This document shows positions 27,920-37,273 of a stretch of 59,842 nt of DNA, in pieces. The position numbers were made by a program, and so were the translations under genes. The first letter of the stretch is position 1, and each line of letters opens with the position of its first letter. The notes beneath the pieces are model-generated. The model was not told the DNA's origin. It made no database searches and saw nothing but the letters and a program-made list of their open reading frames with translations. The DNA comes from Patescibacteria group bacterium (lineage in GTDB: Bacteria; Patescibacteriota; Microgenomatia; UBA1400; UBA1449), in contig JBMNOG010000008.1 of the NCBI GenBank assembly GCA_050942955.1, positions 1 through 59,842 of the forward strand, given 5' to 3'.

Positions 27920-28357
27920 CTATCTCTCCAAAATAATGGTAACGGGGCCACTGTTAACAAGAGTCACATCCATCATGGCCCCAAATCTGCCGGATTCAGT
28001 GGTTATACCAGAACGGTGGCATTTTTCAATAAAAAGATTGTATAGTTTTTTAGCTTTTTCCGGTTTTGCTGACTCAATAAAACTAGGTCTGTTACCTTTT
28101 TGTGTCTCAGCGTACAAAGTAAACTGAGAAATTATCAGAAGTTGTCCCTTTGTTTCTATTAAAGAAAGATTCATCTTTCCTTCTTTATCTGCGAAAATTC
28201 TCATATTGACAATCTTTTTAACAAGCCAGTCAACTTCAGCTTCGCTGTCGCAGTGGGTCACCCCTAAAAGAACTACAAGTCCATTATCGATTTTGCCTAC
28301 AATCTTACCACTAATAGACACTGAAGCCTGGGAAACGCGTTGAACAACTGCTCTCAT
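27920..28357 (-). CDS. dtd: D-aminoacyl-tRNA deacylase
   Basis: MRAVVQRV, SQFTL, GNRPSF, NSGPVT; ATG at 28357. Confidence 0.96.
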   Translation of the reverse strand: MRAVVQRVSQASVSISGKIVGKIDNGLVVLLGVTHCDSEAEVDWLVKKIVNMRIFADKEGKMNLSLIETKGQLLIISQFTLYAETQKGNRPSFIESAKPEKAKKLYNLFIEKCHRSGITTESGRFGAMMDVTLVNSGPVTIILER

Positions 28358-28362
28358 GAGAA

Positions 28363-29046
28363 TTATGATACCTGGAAAATATTTTCTTTTTGGGAAAACC
28401 CTTTGCAAAGGTTAGTAAGCACTGCTTTGGGGTTAGAAGCCAAGGCAACCCCCGATGCAAGTAAGACCCCTGCAGCACCAAGATGGAGGGAGGTGATAAC
28501 ATCTTGTGCATCCTTTACTCCAGCGCCAACTAAAGGTTTAGCGTGAAGTTTAAGGTTAACAAACTCTTCGACCTTCTGTTTTCCTGAAGGATTATGAACA
28601 ATGGATTCAGATCCCCCAATTAAAACTGGGTCCTCAAGGGCAATCATATCAGGCTGGTATGTATCTACCTCCTGAGCTTCCTGTGCGGTCTCGACACATA
28701 CCAAGGTTTGTAATCCTTCCTGTTTAGCTACCTCCAGGCATTTTTTGACATTTTCCATGCCGATTCGATGCTCGGAATGGTTAATCATTACTCCCTTTGC
28801 CCCGTTTTCCTTAACCGCGAGACCGGAAGTAAAACCAGTATATTTTCCAGGAGGAAAAGGATCAATGTGCTGGGCAAAAACAGGTAAGGATACCGCTTGA
28901 GACACCTTATAAATGTCTGTTGCTTGTACGCATAGAATAATTGGGATATTCTGCTCGGCTGCTACTGTCTCGGCAATACGGGCTAGATTAACTGCTTGAG
29001 AGCCAAGAGTAACTTCTGAGTAGGTTTTTAAATTGACAACAATCAT
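28363..29046 (-). CDS. tpiA: Triosephosphate isomerase, short archaeal-type
   Basis: VNLKTY, AQHID, INHSEHR, LEDPVLIG, GAGV, GVLLASG; about 227 aa. Confidence 0.88.
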   Translation of the reverse strand: MIVVNLKTYSEVTLGSQAVNLARIAETVAAEQNIPIILCVQATDIYKVSQAVSLPVFAQHIDPFPPGKYTGFTSGLAVKENGAKGVMINHSEHRIGMENVKKCLEVAKQEGLQTLVCVETAQEAQEVDTYQPDMIALEDPVLIGGSESIVHNPSGKQKVEEFVNLKLHAKPLVGAGVKDAQDVITSLHLGAAGVLLASGVALASNPKAVLTNLCKGFSQKENIFQVS

Positions 29047-29062
29047 ATATACCTTTCCGTAA

Positions 29063-30268
29063 TTATTTAGGCTCTGCCCGTCTCCATTTTTCAATTACAG
29101 ACCAGACAGTGGCATTTTCCCCTTCGTAGCCTAAAGCCCAAATAGCAACACCGCCAAGTTGAGTTTGGTTTACTAACTGTAATTTTAAAGCAATTGACTC
29201 ATCATTTTCAAAGTAAATTTGTTTGATTTCATTATCGGCTTCATATACTAACCACGGACTCATAGCTTGAAAGTCCCATTGCGGCTCTAAATTTTTTTGG
29301 GAGATTAGAGCGTGAACTCTATTATAAGAGGCCATTACTCCGGTATTTGGGTAGGTTTGAGCGGCATAGTCAGTATTAACAGTCTGCCACTCATAGCCAT
29401 AAAAAGGTACGGCAAGAATAATTTTCTCGAGAGTTATATCTTTTTGTATGGCAGCCTCCAATGCGTGAGTGATGCTTTTTCCCGAATTACTTCTTAAAGG
29501 AGCGACCGGTCCGGCATTAGCAGAAGATGCTTGATGAAAATCATACCCCATGAGTATAAGGTAGTCTGCGGCTTCCTCCAGTACTTCCACTTGGTAGGGA
29601 AAATTTTTAATAAAGGCATTGGCATAGAGGTCTACAGAGATATTGATATTGGGATTTATAATTTGCAGTTCTCTTCTTAGTTGATCAATAAACTGTGCGT
29701 AAGCCTGGCTATTACCCTCTTTAACTTGATTGGTCATGTCATATTCAAAATCAAGATTAACAGCATCAAAATTGTACTTATCTACGATTTGGACAATATT
29801 TTGAACTGTTTTCACTTTGACATCAGGATTGGTAGTAAGGCTGTCAATGATTTCATTATCAAAAGCAGTAACTACCAACATGGTTTTTACTTCATTTTTC
29901 TTTGCAGTTTCAAGGATATTTGACAGCCTCTCACTTTGGAGTTGGTACCATCCGAGATTAACGTTGTGTTTATCCATTTTCTTAATGCTTCCATCTTTAT
30001 CAAGGTCAAGGCTGAAGTAGGCGATAAAATCAAGAAGATGATAGGGGATGTTGGATTTACGTATATTCCAGTAAGGCAGAAAGCCAATAACCGGTTTTTT
30101 TGAAGACACACGAGGAAGAGGAGTTTCTGATGCAGTTCCCAAAGGAGAGAGAAAGTCAGTTTTCTTTTGTAAGAAGTTACTGTAAAAGAAAATCACTCCG
30201 AAACCCAACATAACTCCAAGTAGTAACGGCAAAAAGCCGGATAACAATCCCTTAAACAGAGTATGCAT
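29063..30268 (-). CDS. Membrane-anchored GH18 glycoside hydrolase
   Basis: FDAVNLDFEY, LMGYDFH, AGPVAPL, LAVPFYG, GVAIWALGYE. Confidence 0.9.
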   Translation of the reverse strand: MHTLFKGLLSGFLPLLLGVMLGFGVIFFYSNFLQKKTDFLSPLGTASETPLPRVSSKKPVIGFLPYWNIRKSNIPYHLLDFIAYFSLDLDKDGSIKKMDKHNVNLGWYQLQSERLSNILETAKKNEVKTMLVVTAFDNEIIDSLTTNPDVKVKTVQNIVQIVDKYNFDAVNLDFEYDMTNQVKEGNSQAYAQFIDQLRRELQIINPNINISVDLYANAFIKNFPYQVEVLEEAADYLILMGYDFHQASSANAGPVAPLRSNSGKSITHALEAAIQKDITLEKIILAVPFYGYEWQTVNTDYAAQTYPNTGVMASYNRVHALISQKNLEPQWDFQAMSPWLVYEADNEIKQIYFENDESIALKLQLVNQTQLGGVAIWALGYEGENATVWSVIEKWRRAEPK

Positions 30269-30324
30269 GAATACATTATGACACACCGGTCAAAAAGAGA
30301 GATGGTAGGGAATAGAGTAAGCGC

Positions 30325-31791
30325 TTATTCCTCTTTGGCTTCTTTTTCTGCAGCCTCTGTAGCTGTTTTATCACTTGTAGAAGGGTCGGTTTCCTCAGTT
30401 TCGCCGTCACCTAGAGTTATAAGAATGTCGAACGCACTGCTTGCTTTAAGCTCTTCACCCTTAACTGCATTATAACCAGAACCAAGATCTTCAATAATTA
30501 CGTCAACTAACTCCTCATATTCTTCTTTATAGTCAATAGTGGTTTCTTTATAGGTAAATTTGTCAGCGTTGCCAGTATCTACATCCTCAAAGCCTGCGCT
30601 TTCAAGTAGTTTTTGAGCTTTTCCTGCAGCTCCTTTAACGCCAGAGCCGTTTAGTATCTTAACAGCAATCTCAGTTTTATCAATTTCTGGCTCAGGTGTG
30701 GGAGTGGGTTCTGGAACCGGTGTCGGAGTAGGGACTGCAGGGACAGTAGGAGAAACATTTTTTGGTTCGGCAACTGCTTGCTGCGGAACTGTTTCAGGAC
30801 TGTTTCCGAAAAACTTATTAGCAGCAAAGTAGCCACCCACCACAAGAGAGCCCCCGGTAAGGAGGGCTACCAGTCCTAAAAGGACTTTGGTAACTGTACT
30901 TTTTCCAGAAGGAGGATTAGTATCAAATGCACTATCAGTTGTTGGGTTGCCTGTTGGTGGAATAACAGGTGGGTTATTTCCCGGTACAGAGGTAGTGTTG
31001 CTGGGATGTGTTGAAGGATTTTGGTGGTGGAGTATTGTATCAACTTCATTAGTACTAGTCTTATACGGATTTCTTAAGTCTGCTGCATTGGTAGAAGGTG
31101 AATAAGAGGCTTCAGCTGTCTTTGTATGTAGATTCGGGATGACAAAATCATGATGAGTATCTTCAGATTTTGGTGCAGCAGTTTCTGTTTTAGATATCTC
31201 AGTTTCTTGGGTAGGAGTATCTTCTGTTTCAGTTGTAGTTGATTCTTCAGTGTTTGATACAGGCACTTTCTCTACTGGATTGCTTTCTTCTTCAGGTAAC
31301 TCAATTTTTGGGGGAAGATTGGAGCTTTCAGCCACAGGCTTTTCGGTCTTAACAGCATCTTCAGGGGAGTTATTCTCTGTTGTTTCAGAAACCTTTACAG
31401 GTTTTCCTACTTCATCTTCTGACTTAGCTGACTCTGGAATTTTCTCTTCGTCTTTACTGGGGGTGGTATTTGAAGTCGGAAGCTCATCAAAGCGTTCTTC
31501 TTTCTTTATATCTCCCTCCTCATTAGTGCTTACTAATTCCTCTTTATCTACCTTAGGTTCTTCTTTTTTTTTCTCTGTTGCTGTTTCTACATCTTCCTCA
31601 TCATCCGTACCAAAAGCCGCTGGCATTGGGAGAACATCAGTATCATCTTCATCTTGTGTTGTAACTACTTCTGGTTCTTCTGGTTCAGGTTTCTCCTCCG
31701 GGGGTAGTTTGACAGCTGAACCGGTAACAGTAATTGGTTTCGGCAGTTGGGTTATAACGCTATTTTGCTTGCTATCATCATTACTATTCAT
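30325..31791 (-). CDS. LytR C-terminal domain membrane protein with a long acidic low-complexity N-terminus
   Basis: About 300 aa E/T/P-rich, one TM, PTPTPEP linker, VKILNGSGVKGAA...GNAD. Confidence 0.8.
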   Translation of the reverse strand: MNSNDDSKQNSVITQLPKPITVTGSAVKLPPEEKPEPEEPEVVTTQDEDDTDVLPMPAAFGTDDEEDVETATEKKKEEPKVDKEELVSTNEEGDIKKEERFDELPTSNTTPSKDEEKIPESAKSEDEVGKPVKVSETTENNSPEDAVKTEKPVAESSNLPPKIELPEEESNPVEKVPVSNTEESTTTETEDTPTQETEISKTETAAPKSEDTHHDFVIPNLHTKTAEASYSPSTNAADLRNPYKTSTNEVDTILHHQNPSTHPSNTTSVPGNNPPVIPPTGNPTTDSAFDTNPPSGKSTVTKVLLGLVALLTGGSLVVGGYFAANKFFGNSPETVPQQAVAEPKNVSPTVPAVPTPTPVPEPTPTPEPEIDKTEIAVKILNGSGVKGAAGKAQKLLESAGFEDVDTGNADKFTYKETTIDYKEEYEELVDVIIEDLGSGYNAVKGEELKASSAFDILITLGDGETEETDPSTSDKTATEAAEKEAKEE

Positions 31792-31868
31792 ATACTCTAA
31801 CTATAGCGATTTTTTCTCCTGAGGTAAAGAAGTAAAATAACCTGATGATATTATAAACGATAGTTAAA

Positions 31869-32483
31869 ATGAAAAACACAGTAGTAATTATTGGTTTTGA
31901 TGAAGTTGGCAGAGGTTCTCTGGCCGGACCTGTAGTAGTGGGATGTGTCTTGAGAGAAATTGATTCTTTCCTGCATCTTCCTAGGAATGTGATAATTAGA
32001 GACAGTAAGCGTATGACTAGACTTCAGAGAAAAAAAACTTATGATTTTATCACTCAAAACTTTCCCTCTGCCGTTGGTAAAGTTAAGGCGAGTGAGGTAG
32101 ATGAGCTGGGAATTGTCAAGGCAACTACGGTAGCTGCCCAAAAAGCTTGGAAAGCACTAACAAGTAAGATAGATTTGTCAAAGAAAATTGTAAAAATTAC
32201 AGTTGATGGAAAAGAACCCTGGATTCCAGGGTGCAAAACGGTTATTGGAGGAGATTCTCTAATCACTGAAATATCTATGGCTTCAATTGTGGCTAAAGTT
32301 ACAAGAGATAATGAGATGGCAGAGATGTCTAAAACGTATCCACAATGGGGGTTTGAATGTCATGTGGGGTATGGAACAAAGCTGCACTGCAACATGATAA
32401 GAAAACACGGACTACTTGAAGGAATTCATCGCCGAAGTTTTTGTAGTCGCCTAATAAAGCAGTTAAGAATACCCCACCATTAG
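31869..32483 (+). CDS. rnhB: Ribonuclease HII
   Basis: GFDEVGRGSLAGPV, DSK, ASIVAKVTRD, GYGT..H. Confidence 0.95.
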   Translation: MKNTVVIIGFDEVGRGSLAGPVVVGCVLREIDSFLHLPRNVIIRDSKRMTRLQRKKTYDFITQNFPSAVGKVKASEVDELGIVKATTVAAQKAWKALTSKIDLSKKIVKITVDGKEPWIPGCKTVIGGDSLITEISMASIVAKVTRDNEMAEMSKTYPQWGFECHVGYGTKLHCNMIRKHGLLEGIHRRSFCSRLIKQLRIPHH

Positions 32484-32494
32484 GTGGGGTATTC
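32467..32494. terminator. Perfect 12-bp hairpin between convergent rnhB and the RRM gene
   Basis: GAATACCCCACC-ATTA-GGTGGGGTATTC. Confidence 0.75.
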
Positions 32495-32536
32495 AAGTTG
32501 CTATTTTTTTCAAAAGTGTAACTTCTGAAACTAAGC

Positions 32537-32800
32537 TTACTCTCGAGGTTTCATGGGGCGAGCCACATTAACCACGAGACTTCTGCCTTCTACCTCTTTG
32601 CCATTCATAGCCTCTACAGCTTGATTGGCAGCTTCTTCATTAGCGAACTCAACAAACCCAAAACCTTTGGATCTGTTTGTGCGCTTATCAATAATTACAG
32701 TAGTGTTGGCAATTTCTCCATACTCAGCAAATAGATCTTTTAATTGATCGGAATTCACCGAGTAAGGTAGGTTGCCTACATAAAGTCGGTTGTTAGCCAT
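32537..32800 (-). CDS. RRM (RNP-1) RNA-binding protein
   Basis: LYVGNL (RNP2), KGFGFVEF (RNP1); strong SD AGGAGGTG. Confidence 0.95.
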   Translation of the reverse strand: MANNRLYVGNLPYSVNSDQLKDLFAEYGEIANTTVIIDKRTNRSKGFGFVEFANEEAANQAVEAMNGKEVEGRSLVVNVARPMKPRE

Positions 32801-32967
32801 CAACTATTCACCTCCTAATTTTTGAGAGCAAACGGACAAAAGCCCTCGTTTGACGTTGTGAACAGAAAACTCTTTTGGGAAAGCTAACAACAAAGAAGCT
32901 CATCTTACAAGAAGTTGCTATTCAACGAACAGGTATATTATAGCACTCCCAGCTGTCAAAAGCATTG

Positions 32968-34011
32968 TTAGGAACTGATGAATGAGTTTATAGAACTACT
33001 AATAGTTGCTTCTGCCTCATTCGGATTTCGAGATGCGATCAGCGCTATCCGTAACTCCTTGGCTCCCGGGAAACCCTTGCAATACCATCCAAAGTGTTTT
33101 TTTAGTTGGTGAAAGCTTTGTGGTCCTTTGGCTTTGATATGTAATCTAATATGTTCCGAAAGAGTAGATAAACGTTCTTCTAGACTTGGGTTCGCACTAC
33201 TAAACAGCCACGGATTACCTAAAGCTGCTCTACCGACAAGAACCCCATCTACACCGTACTGCTTTGCTTTTGCTTTTCCTTCTTGAATAGAAGCAACATC
33301 ACCGTTGCCAAGGTATATAGTTCCATTTTTCTTAACCAAAGCTGCTACAGACCCGATTGCATCCCAGTCTGCCTTTCCTGTGTAGAGTTGTTTAAACGTT
33401 CTGCCATGGACTGTAATTGCTGCAGGGTGTGTTTCAAGGAGAGTAGGAATCCAGGAGTTTACTTCATTCTCTTTGTAACCAATCCTGGTTTTAACTGACA
33501 CAGGAATTAATGCTCTTTTACCTTTATGTGAAGTATTTAGATTTTCAATATAATTAATTTTTCCTCTATTTAACCCCAGTTCTTCTAAAGTTTGACCGCT
33601 AGCCCAGTCTTTTACTCCTTGTTGAGTTTTTCTGATAATTTCCTGAGCTAGCTTGGGAGTGGTTATAAGGGAAGCACCCCCACCTCTTTTAACTACAAGA
33701 TTAGCAGGGCAGCCCATATTAATATCTATTCCATCAAACCCTAACTCACACACGATATGTGCGGCTTTATAAAAATATTCCAGTTCAGAGCCAAAAACCT
33801 GAGCAACTATCGGGTGTTCTCTGTTTGTAAATAGTAGATTTTTGTAGACTTCAAGCCTGCCACGCCACAACGCCTGGACGTGGACGAACTCTGTAAATAG
33901 AACGTCAGGATTACCACACCTTTTGACAATTGAACGGAAAGGAGCGTCTGTAACTCCATCCATAGGCGAAAGCCCAATAATTGGTTTAGGTAGTTTTCGC
34001 CAAAAATCCAT
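32968..34011 (-). CDS. tRNA-dihydrouridine synthase (Dus family)
   Basis: LSPMDGVTD, DINMGCP, SVKTRIG, VHGRT, GNGD, GRAALGNPW. Confidence 0.93.
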   Translation of the reverse strand: MDFWRKLPKPIIGLSPMDGVTDAPFRSIVKRCGNPDVLFTEFVHVQALWRGRLEVYKNLLFTNREHPIVAQVFGSELEYFYKAAHIVCELGFDGIDINMGCPANLVVKRGGGASLITTPKLAQEIIRKTQQGVKDWASGQTLEELGLNRGKINYIENLNTSHKGKRALIPVSVKTRIGYKENEVNSWIPTLLETHPAAITVHGRTFKQLYTGKADWDAIGSVAALVKKNGTIYLGNGDVASIQEGKAKAKQYGVDGVLVGRAALGNPWLFSSANPSLEERLSTLSEHIRLHIKAKGPQSFHQLKKHFGWYCKGFPGAKELRIALIASRNPNEAEATISSSINSFISS

Positions 34012-34018
34012 GAAGGTA

Positions 34019-34822
34019 TTATAGCGAAGAAGTGCTGGAAATTGTCTTCAGAAGATCGCTTTTAGTGATAATATCAAGAGGTTTATTGTTACCATCAACA
34101 ATAACAAGACTACCGACTTTATTTCTCTCCATTAATTCAACAGCCTGAGTAAAAGAAGGAATACGGTTAACTGTTACTACTAATTTCTTCATGTAGTTTT
34201 TTACAGGTTCATCCAAATCAGACTGTCTTTCACCCTTTCTATTATTCTTGCCGTTAGCTATAGACTCTTTAACCAGATCTTTTAAATCATAGCGGGAAAC
34301 AAAGCCAATGAGATGATCATGATCATCTACTATGGGGAGTTTAGCTACCTTCTTATTAGCCATAAGGTTCAGGGCTTTAGAAACCGGAACATCACCAGTG
34401 AGAGTAACCAATTCACTATTAGTGAAAATGATCCTACCGTTATGGTTAAATAGCTGATTACGAATAATGTAATTAAATAGTCTTCCGATGGTGGCTATGC
34501 CCAAAAATTCTCCCTCTTCATTCAGAACCGGCAAATAATGGATTTTGCTCTCAAGCATAGCCTGGGCTACTTCAGAAAGTGTAGTATCGGGAGATAATTT
34601 GGGAGGCATGATGACCGCCCCTTTAAGTTTACTTTTCCTTGTAAGAGACCTGTCTTTAATAAGGTAATAAGGGGTGACTACACCGACAAATCTTTCATCG
34701 TCAAAGACAAAAATGGCATCATGGCTGCTGGTAAAGTGAGGCAAAACTTTGGAAAGAGGTTGTGAGGCATCGAACTTAAGAATTTCTTCGGTTTTAAGAA
34801 TGTTTTTAAGGGTATGTTCCAT
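34019..34822 (-). CDS. Protein with four CBS domains
   Basis: Repeated LPVL..G/LPIVD...IG CBS motifs. Confidence 0.88.
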   Translation of the reverse strand: MEHTLKNILKTEEILKFDASQPLSKVLPHFTSSHDAIFVFDDERFVGVVTPYYLIKDRSLTRKSKLKGAVIMPPKLSPDTTLSEVAQAMLESKIHYLPVLNEEGEFLGIATIGRLFNYIIRNQLFNHNGRIIFTNSELVTLTGDVPVSKALNLMANKKVAKLPIVDDHDHLIGFVSRYDLKDLVKESIANGKNNRKGERQSDLDEPVKNYMKKLVVTVNRIPSFTQAVELMERNKVGSLVIVDGNNKPLDIITKSDLLKTISSTSSL

Positions 34823-34883
34823 GTCTGGTCTTTTGTAGCTTCAATTAAACTTTAGCAAAGAATTTATGAAATTTTTCTGAATA

Positions 34884-35822
34884 TTAGAAAATCTGCAGCC
34901 GGCCTAATGCTTGAGCGATTTCATTGGCTACATACGTATGTCCCGCCTCTGATGGGTGGATCCCGTCATGGCTGCTGACATACTTGGCAATCCCTTCACC
35001 AGTACTTAAAAGAGTGGGATGGTAGCAGTCAATCGTCGGTAAGTTCATCTCTCTGGCAACTTTCAAACCTTCTTCTAAATAGCTCTGAATTTTAGTTGCA
35101 TGGTTCCAGGCGGTGCTTGTGTCCCAGTTAACTCCTCCAGGACCTTTACCAAAATTCTGTTTTACAGGGGAAATTGTAGCCAGAAACACTACTTTAGCTC
35201 TGGATTCGTGTAGCTTCTGAATAACGCTTTGTAAATGATGGCGGTAGTTTGCTTTCCCGCCTTGATTTTCTTCTAATGGGTTATACGCAAAACTTTCGAC
35301 GATAACCACCTGAGGGTTCGCTTCAGTAATTTTTGGGTAACTCCTATCTTTATAGGTATATGCCGAATTAATCCTTTCTGCAGCCTTTATGACTGTTTCT
35401 GCGCCGATGCCATAGTTGAGAAGGTTAAACTGCATGTTTGGGTAGTATTCTTTTAAGGCTTTATTAAGGTATGGCAGATCGGTTCCCATCGTGTCTACCA
35501 TTGAGTCGCCAACTAACGCAATAGTTACTGAACCTTTTTTTTGAGAAACCGGAGGTTTGGCTGTCTTATCTCCCAGAATCTGGGGTGAACTTTTACGCTC
35601 CTGTTCCTGGTCAAAAAGAGTGAAGTATTGCTTCATGGACAGGGATGTATGTTTTGGTTTCTGAAGAGGAGTATTTTTCTGGGCTAAAGTTTTAGCGTGA
35701 GTTAAAGAAAGAGGTGAGGTAATCACTTTTTGCGGCTTGGTATCAGTCCAGGGACTGATACCTAAACCAAGAATAATGCCGACAAAAAAAGCAGTAAGGG
35801 CGAATTTAAGAGAAATTTTCAC
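34884..35822 (-). CDS. SGNH/GDSL hydrolase, membrane-anchored
   Basis: GDSM, GIGAE, FAYN, DGIHP. Confidence 0.85.
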   Translation of the reverse strand: MKISLKFALTAFFVGIILGLGISPWTDTKPQKVITSPLSLTHAKTLAQKNTPLQKPKHTSLSMKQYFTLFDQEQERKSSPQILGDKTAKPPVSQKKGSVTIALVGDSMVDTMGTDLPYLNKALKEYYPNMQFNLLNYGIGAETVIKAAERINSAYTYKDRSYPKITEANPQVVIVESFAYNPLEENQGGKANYRHHLQSVIQKLHESRAKVVFLATISPVKQNFGKGPGGVNWDTSTAWNHATKIQSYLEEGLKVAREMNLPTIDCYHPTLLSTGEGIAKYVSSHDGIHPSEAGHTYVANEIAQALGRLQIF

Positions 35823-35837
35823 ACGTTAAAACAATAT

Positions 35838-36431
35838 TTACCAGCTCCATTGTTCCAAAAAAGGGTACATCTTTGCAAGAGCCTGAGCTCGGTGGCTGAT
35901 TTTTGCTTTGACTTTACTGGGCAGCTCTCCGAAAGTTTTGGAGTAGCCTTCGGGTATAAAAAGAGGGTCGTATCCAAAACCATGATTGCCGGAAAGTTCA
36001 AAACTAATTTTGCCTTCACACTTACCTATGACTAGATGCTCAAGATTTTTGTCAGGGTCTACAAAGGCAAGAGCGCAGATGTAGCGGGCTGTTCTTTTTT
36101 CTAGGGGGACATGTTTAAGCAGGGACAGAAGATAGAGGTTGCGGTCATGATCTGAACCTTCATAAAAACGCTTGGAGTGAACTCCGGGTTTGCCTCCCAG
36201 AGCATCAACAACCAAGCCGGAATCATCAACTAACGCAGGCAGATTCGTTTTCTCCGCCCAGCCTCTGGCTTTTATTAAAGCATTTTCCTCAAAACTTTTG
36301 CCGGTTTCTTCAATCTCGTCATCAATATGTAATAACAATGGATGGGTAACCGTAACACCTAAAGGTTTTAAAGCTTGAGAAAACTCAGCAATTTTGCCTT
36401 TGTTAGTACTGCCGATAACGATTGTTTTCAT
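35838..36431 (-). CDS. rdgB: Non-canonical purine NTP pyrophosphatase RdgB/HAM1
   Basis: STNKGK, ENALIKA, DDSGL, GFGYDPLF, KISHR. Confidence 0.96.
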   Translation of the reverse strand: MKTIVIGSTNKGKIAEFSQALKPLGVTVTHPLLLHIDDEIEETGKSFEENALIKARGWAEKTNLPALVDDSGLVVDALGGKPGVHSKRFYEGSDHDRNLYLLSLLKHVPLEKRTARYICALAFVDPDKNLEHLVIGKCEGKISFELSGNHGFGYDPLFIPEGYSKTFGELPSKVKAKISHRAQALAKMYPFLEQWSW

Positions 36432-37273
36432 ACAGTTTCCCCAGCAAGTTTTCTAAGAAGGGCGATATTTGGTTTGTCCGGTCCGTTGTTATGTATCCCT
36501 GGTACTTCAGTTATAAAAGGTTTATTGTGGAGTTTGGGGTGGGTCAGAAGAGCTCTTATTCCGTTAATACCGATTTTACCCTTGCCGATATTTTCGTGCC
36601 AGTCTCTGCCGGAACCAAGCGGAGATTTTGAATCGTTGATATGAAACAAGGTGACACGGTTAAGTCCAATAGTCTTTTCAATACTATCAATAAAGTGCAT
36701 AACCCCCTCTTCGCTATGCAGATCATAGCCTGCAGCAAAAGCGTGGGCAGTATCCAGACAAGTAGAAACTTGGGGGTTATTAATCTCTTCTAAAAGTTCA
36801 GCAATTTCTTCAAGCGTGCTGCCGATTTTTTTAGGGCTAGCCGAATTTTCTAGAAGAAGTAAAACATCTTGCGGGATCTGTTGGAGTATCTTTTTAACCT
36901 GCGAAGCTACCTGTCCAAGGCCTTCTTGTTTATCTCCTCCTTTTGTTGTACCAATATGAAACATTCCGCCGGCAAGCCCTAGCTTTGAACAAATCCTCAT
37001 CTCTGCCTTGACTGTCTCTACTGATTTTCTGGCAATTTCTTCGTTTGGGCTGGCAATGTTGATAAGGTACTTTAAGTGAATGAAGCTGGGAATTATTCTA
37101 TGGGATTTGAGTTTTTGTTTGAATTGCTTTGCTTTAATTTCATTAATATCTGGCACTGCCCACATTCGTGGCGACGAAGCAAATATCTGGAAGCAGTTGG
37201 CGCCGATACTTTCTGCACGTTCAAATGCATTTAAAACTCCGCCGCTAACTGAAATATGACCACCGATTTTCAT
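36428..37273 (-). CDS. nfo: Endonuclease IV
   Basis: MKIGGHISVSGG, QIF, LLENSA, CLDTAHAF, HINDSK...DWHENIG; ATG at 37273. Confidence 0.95.
   Translation of the reverse strand: MKIGGHISVSGGVLNAFERAESIGANCFQIFASSPRMWAVPDINEIKAKQFKQKLKSHRIIPSFIHLKYLINIASPNEEIARKSVETVKAEMRICSKLGLAGGMFHIGTTKGGDKQEGLGQVASQVKKILQQIPQDVLLLLENSASPKKIGSTLEEIAELLEEINNPQVSTCLDTAHAFAAGYDLHSEEGVMHFIDSIEKTIGLNRVTLFHINDSKSPLGSGRDWHENIGKGKIGINGIRALLTHPKLHNKPFITEVPGIHNNGPDKPNIALLRKLAGETV

Noticed and set aside
31250-31822. 190-aa Ser-rich plus-strand ORF
   Set aside because: Antisense shadow of the low-complexity Glu/Thr-rich LytR_C gene.
32941-32948. TAGCACTC, resembling a CIRCE half-site
   Set aside because: No second half at 9-nt spacing; better explained as part of the minus-strand promoter GAGTGCTATAAT.
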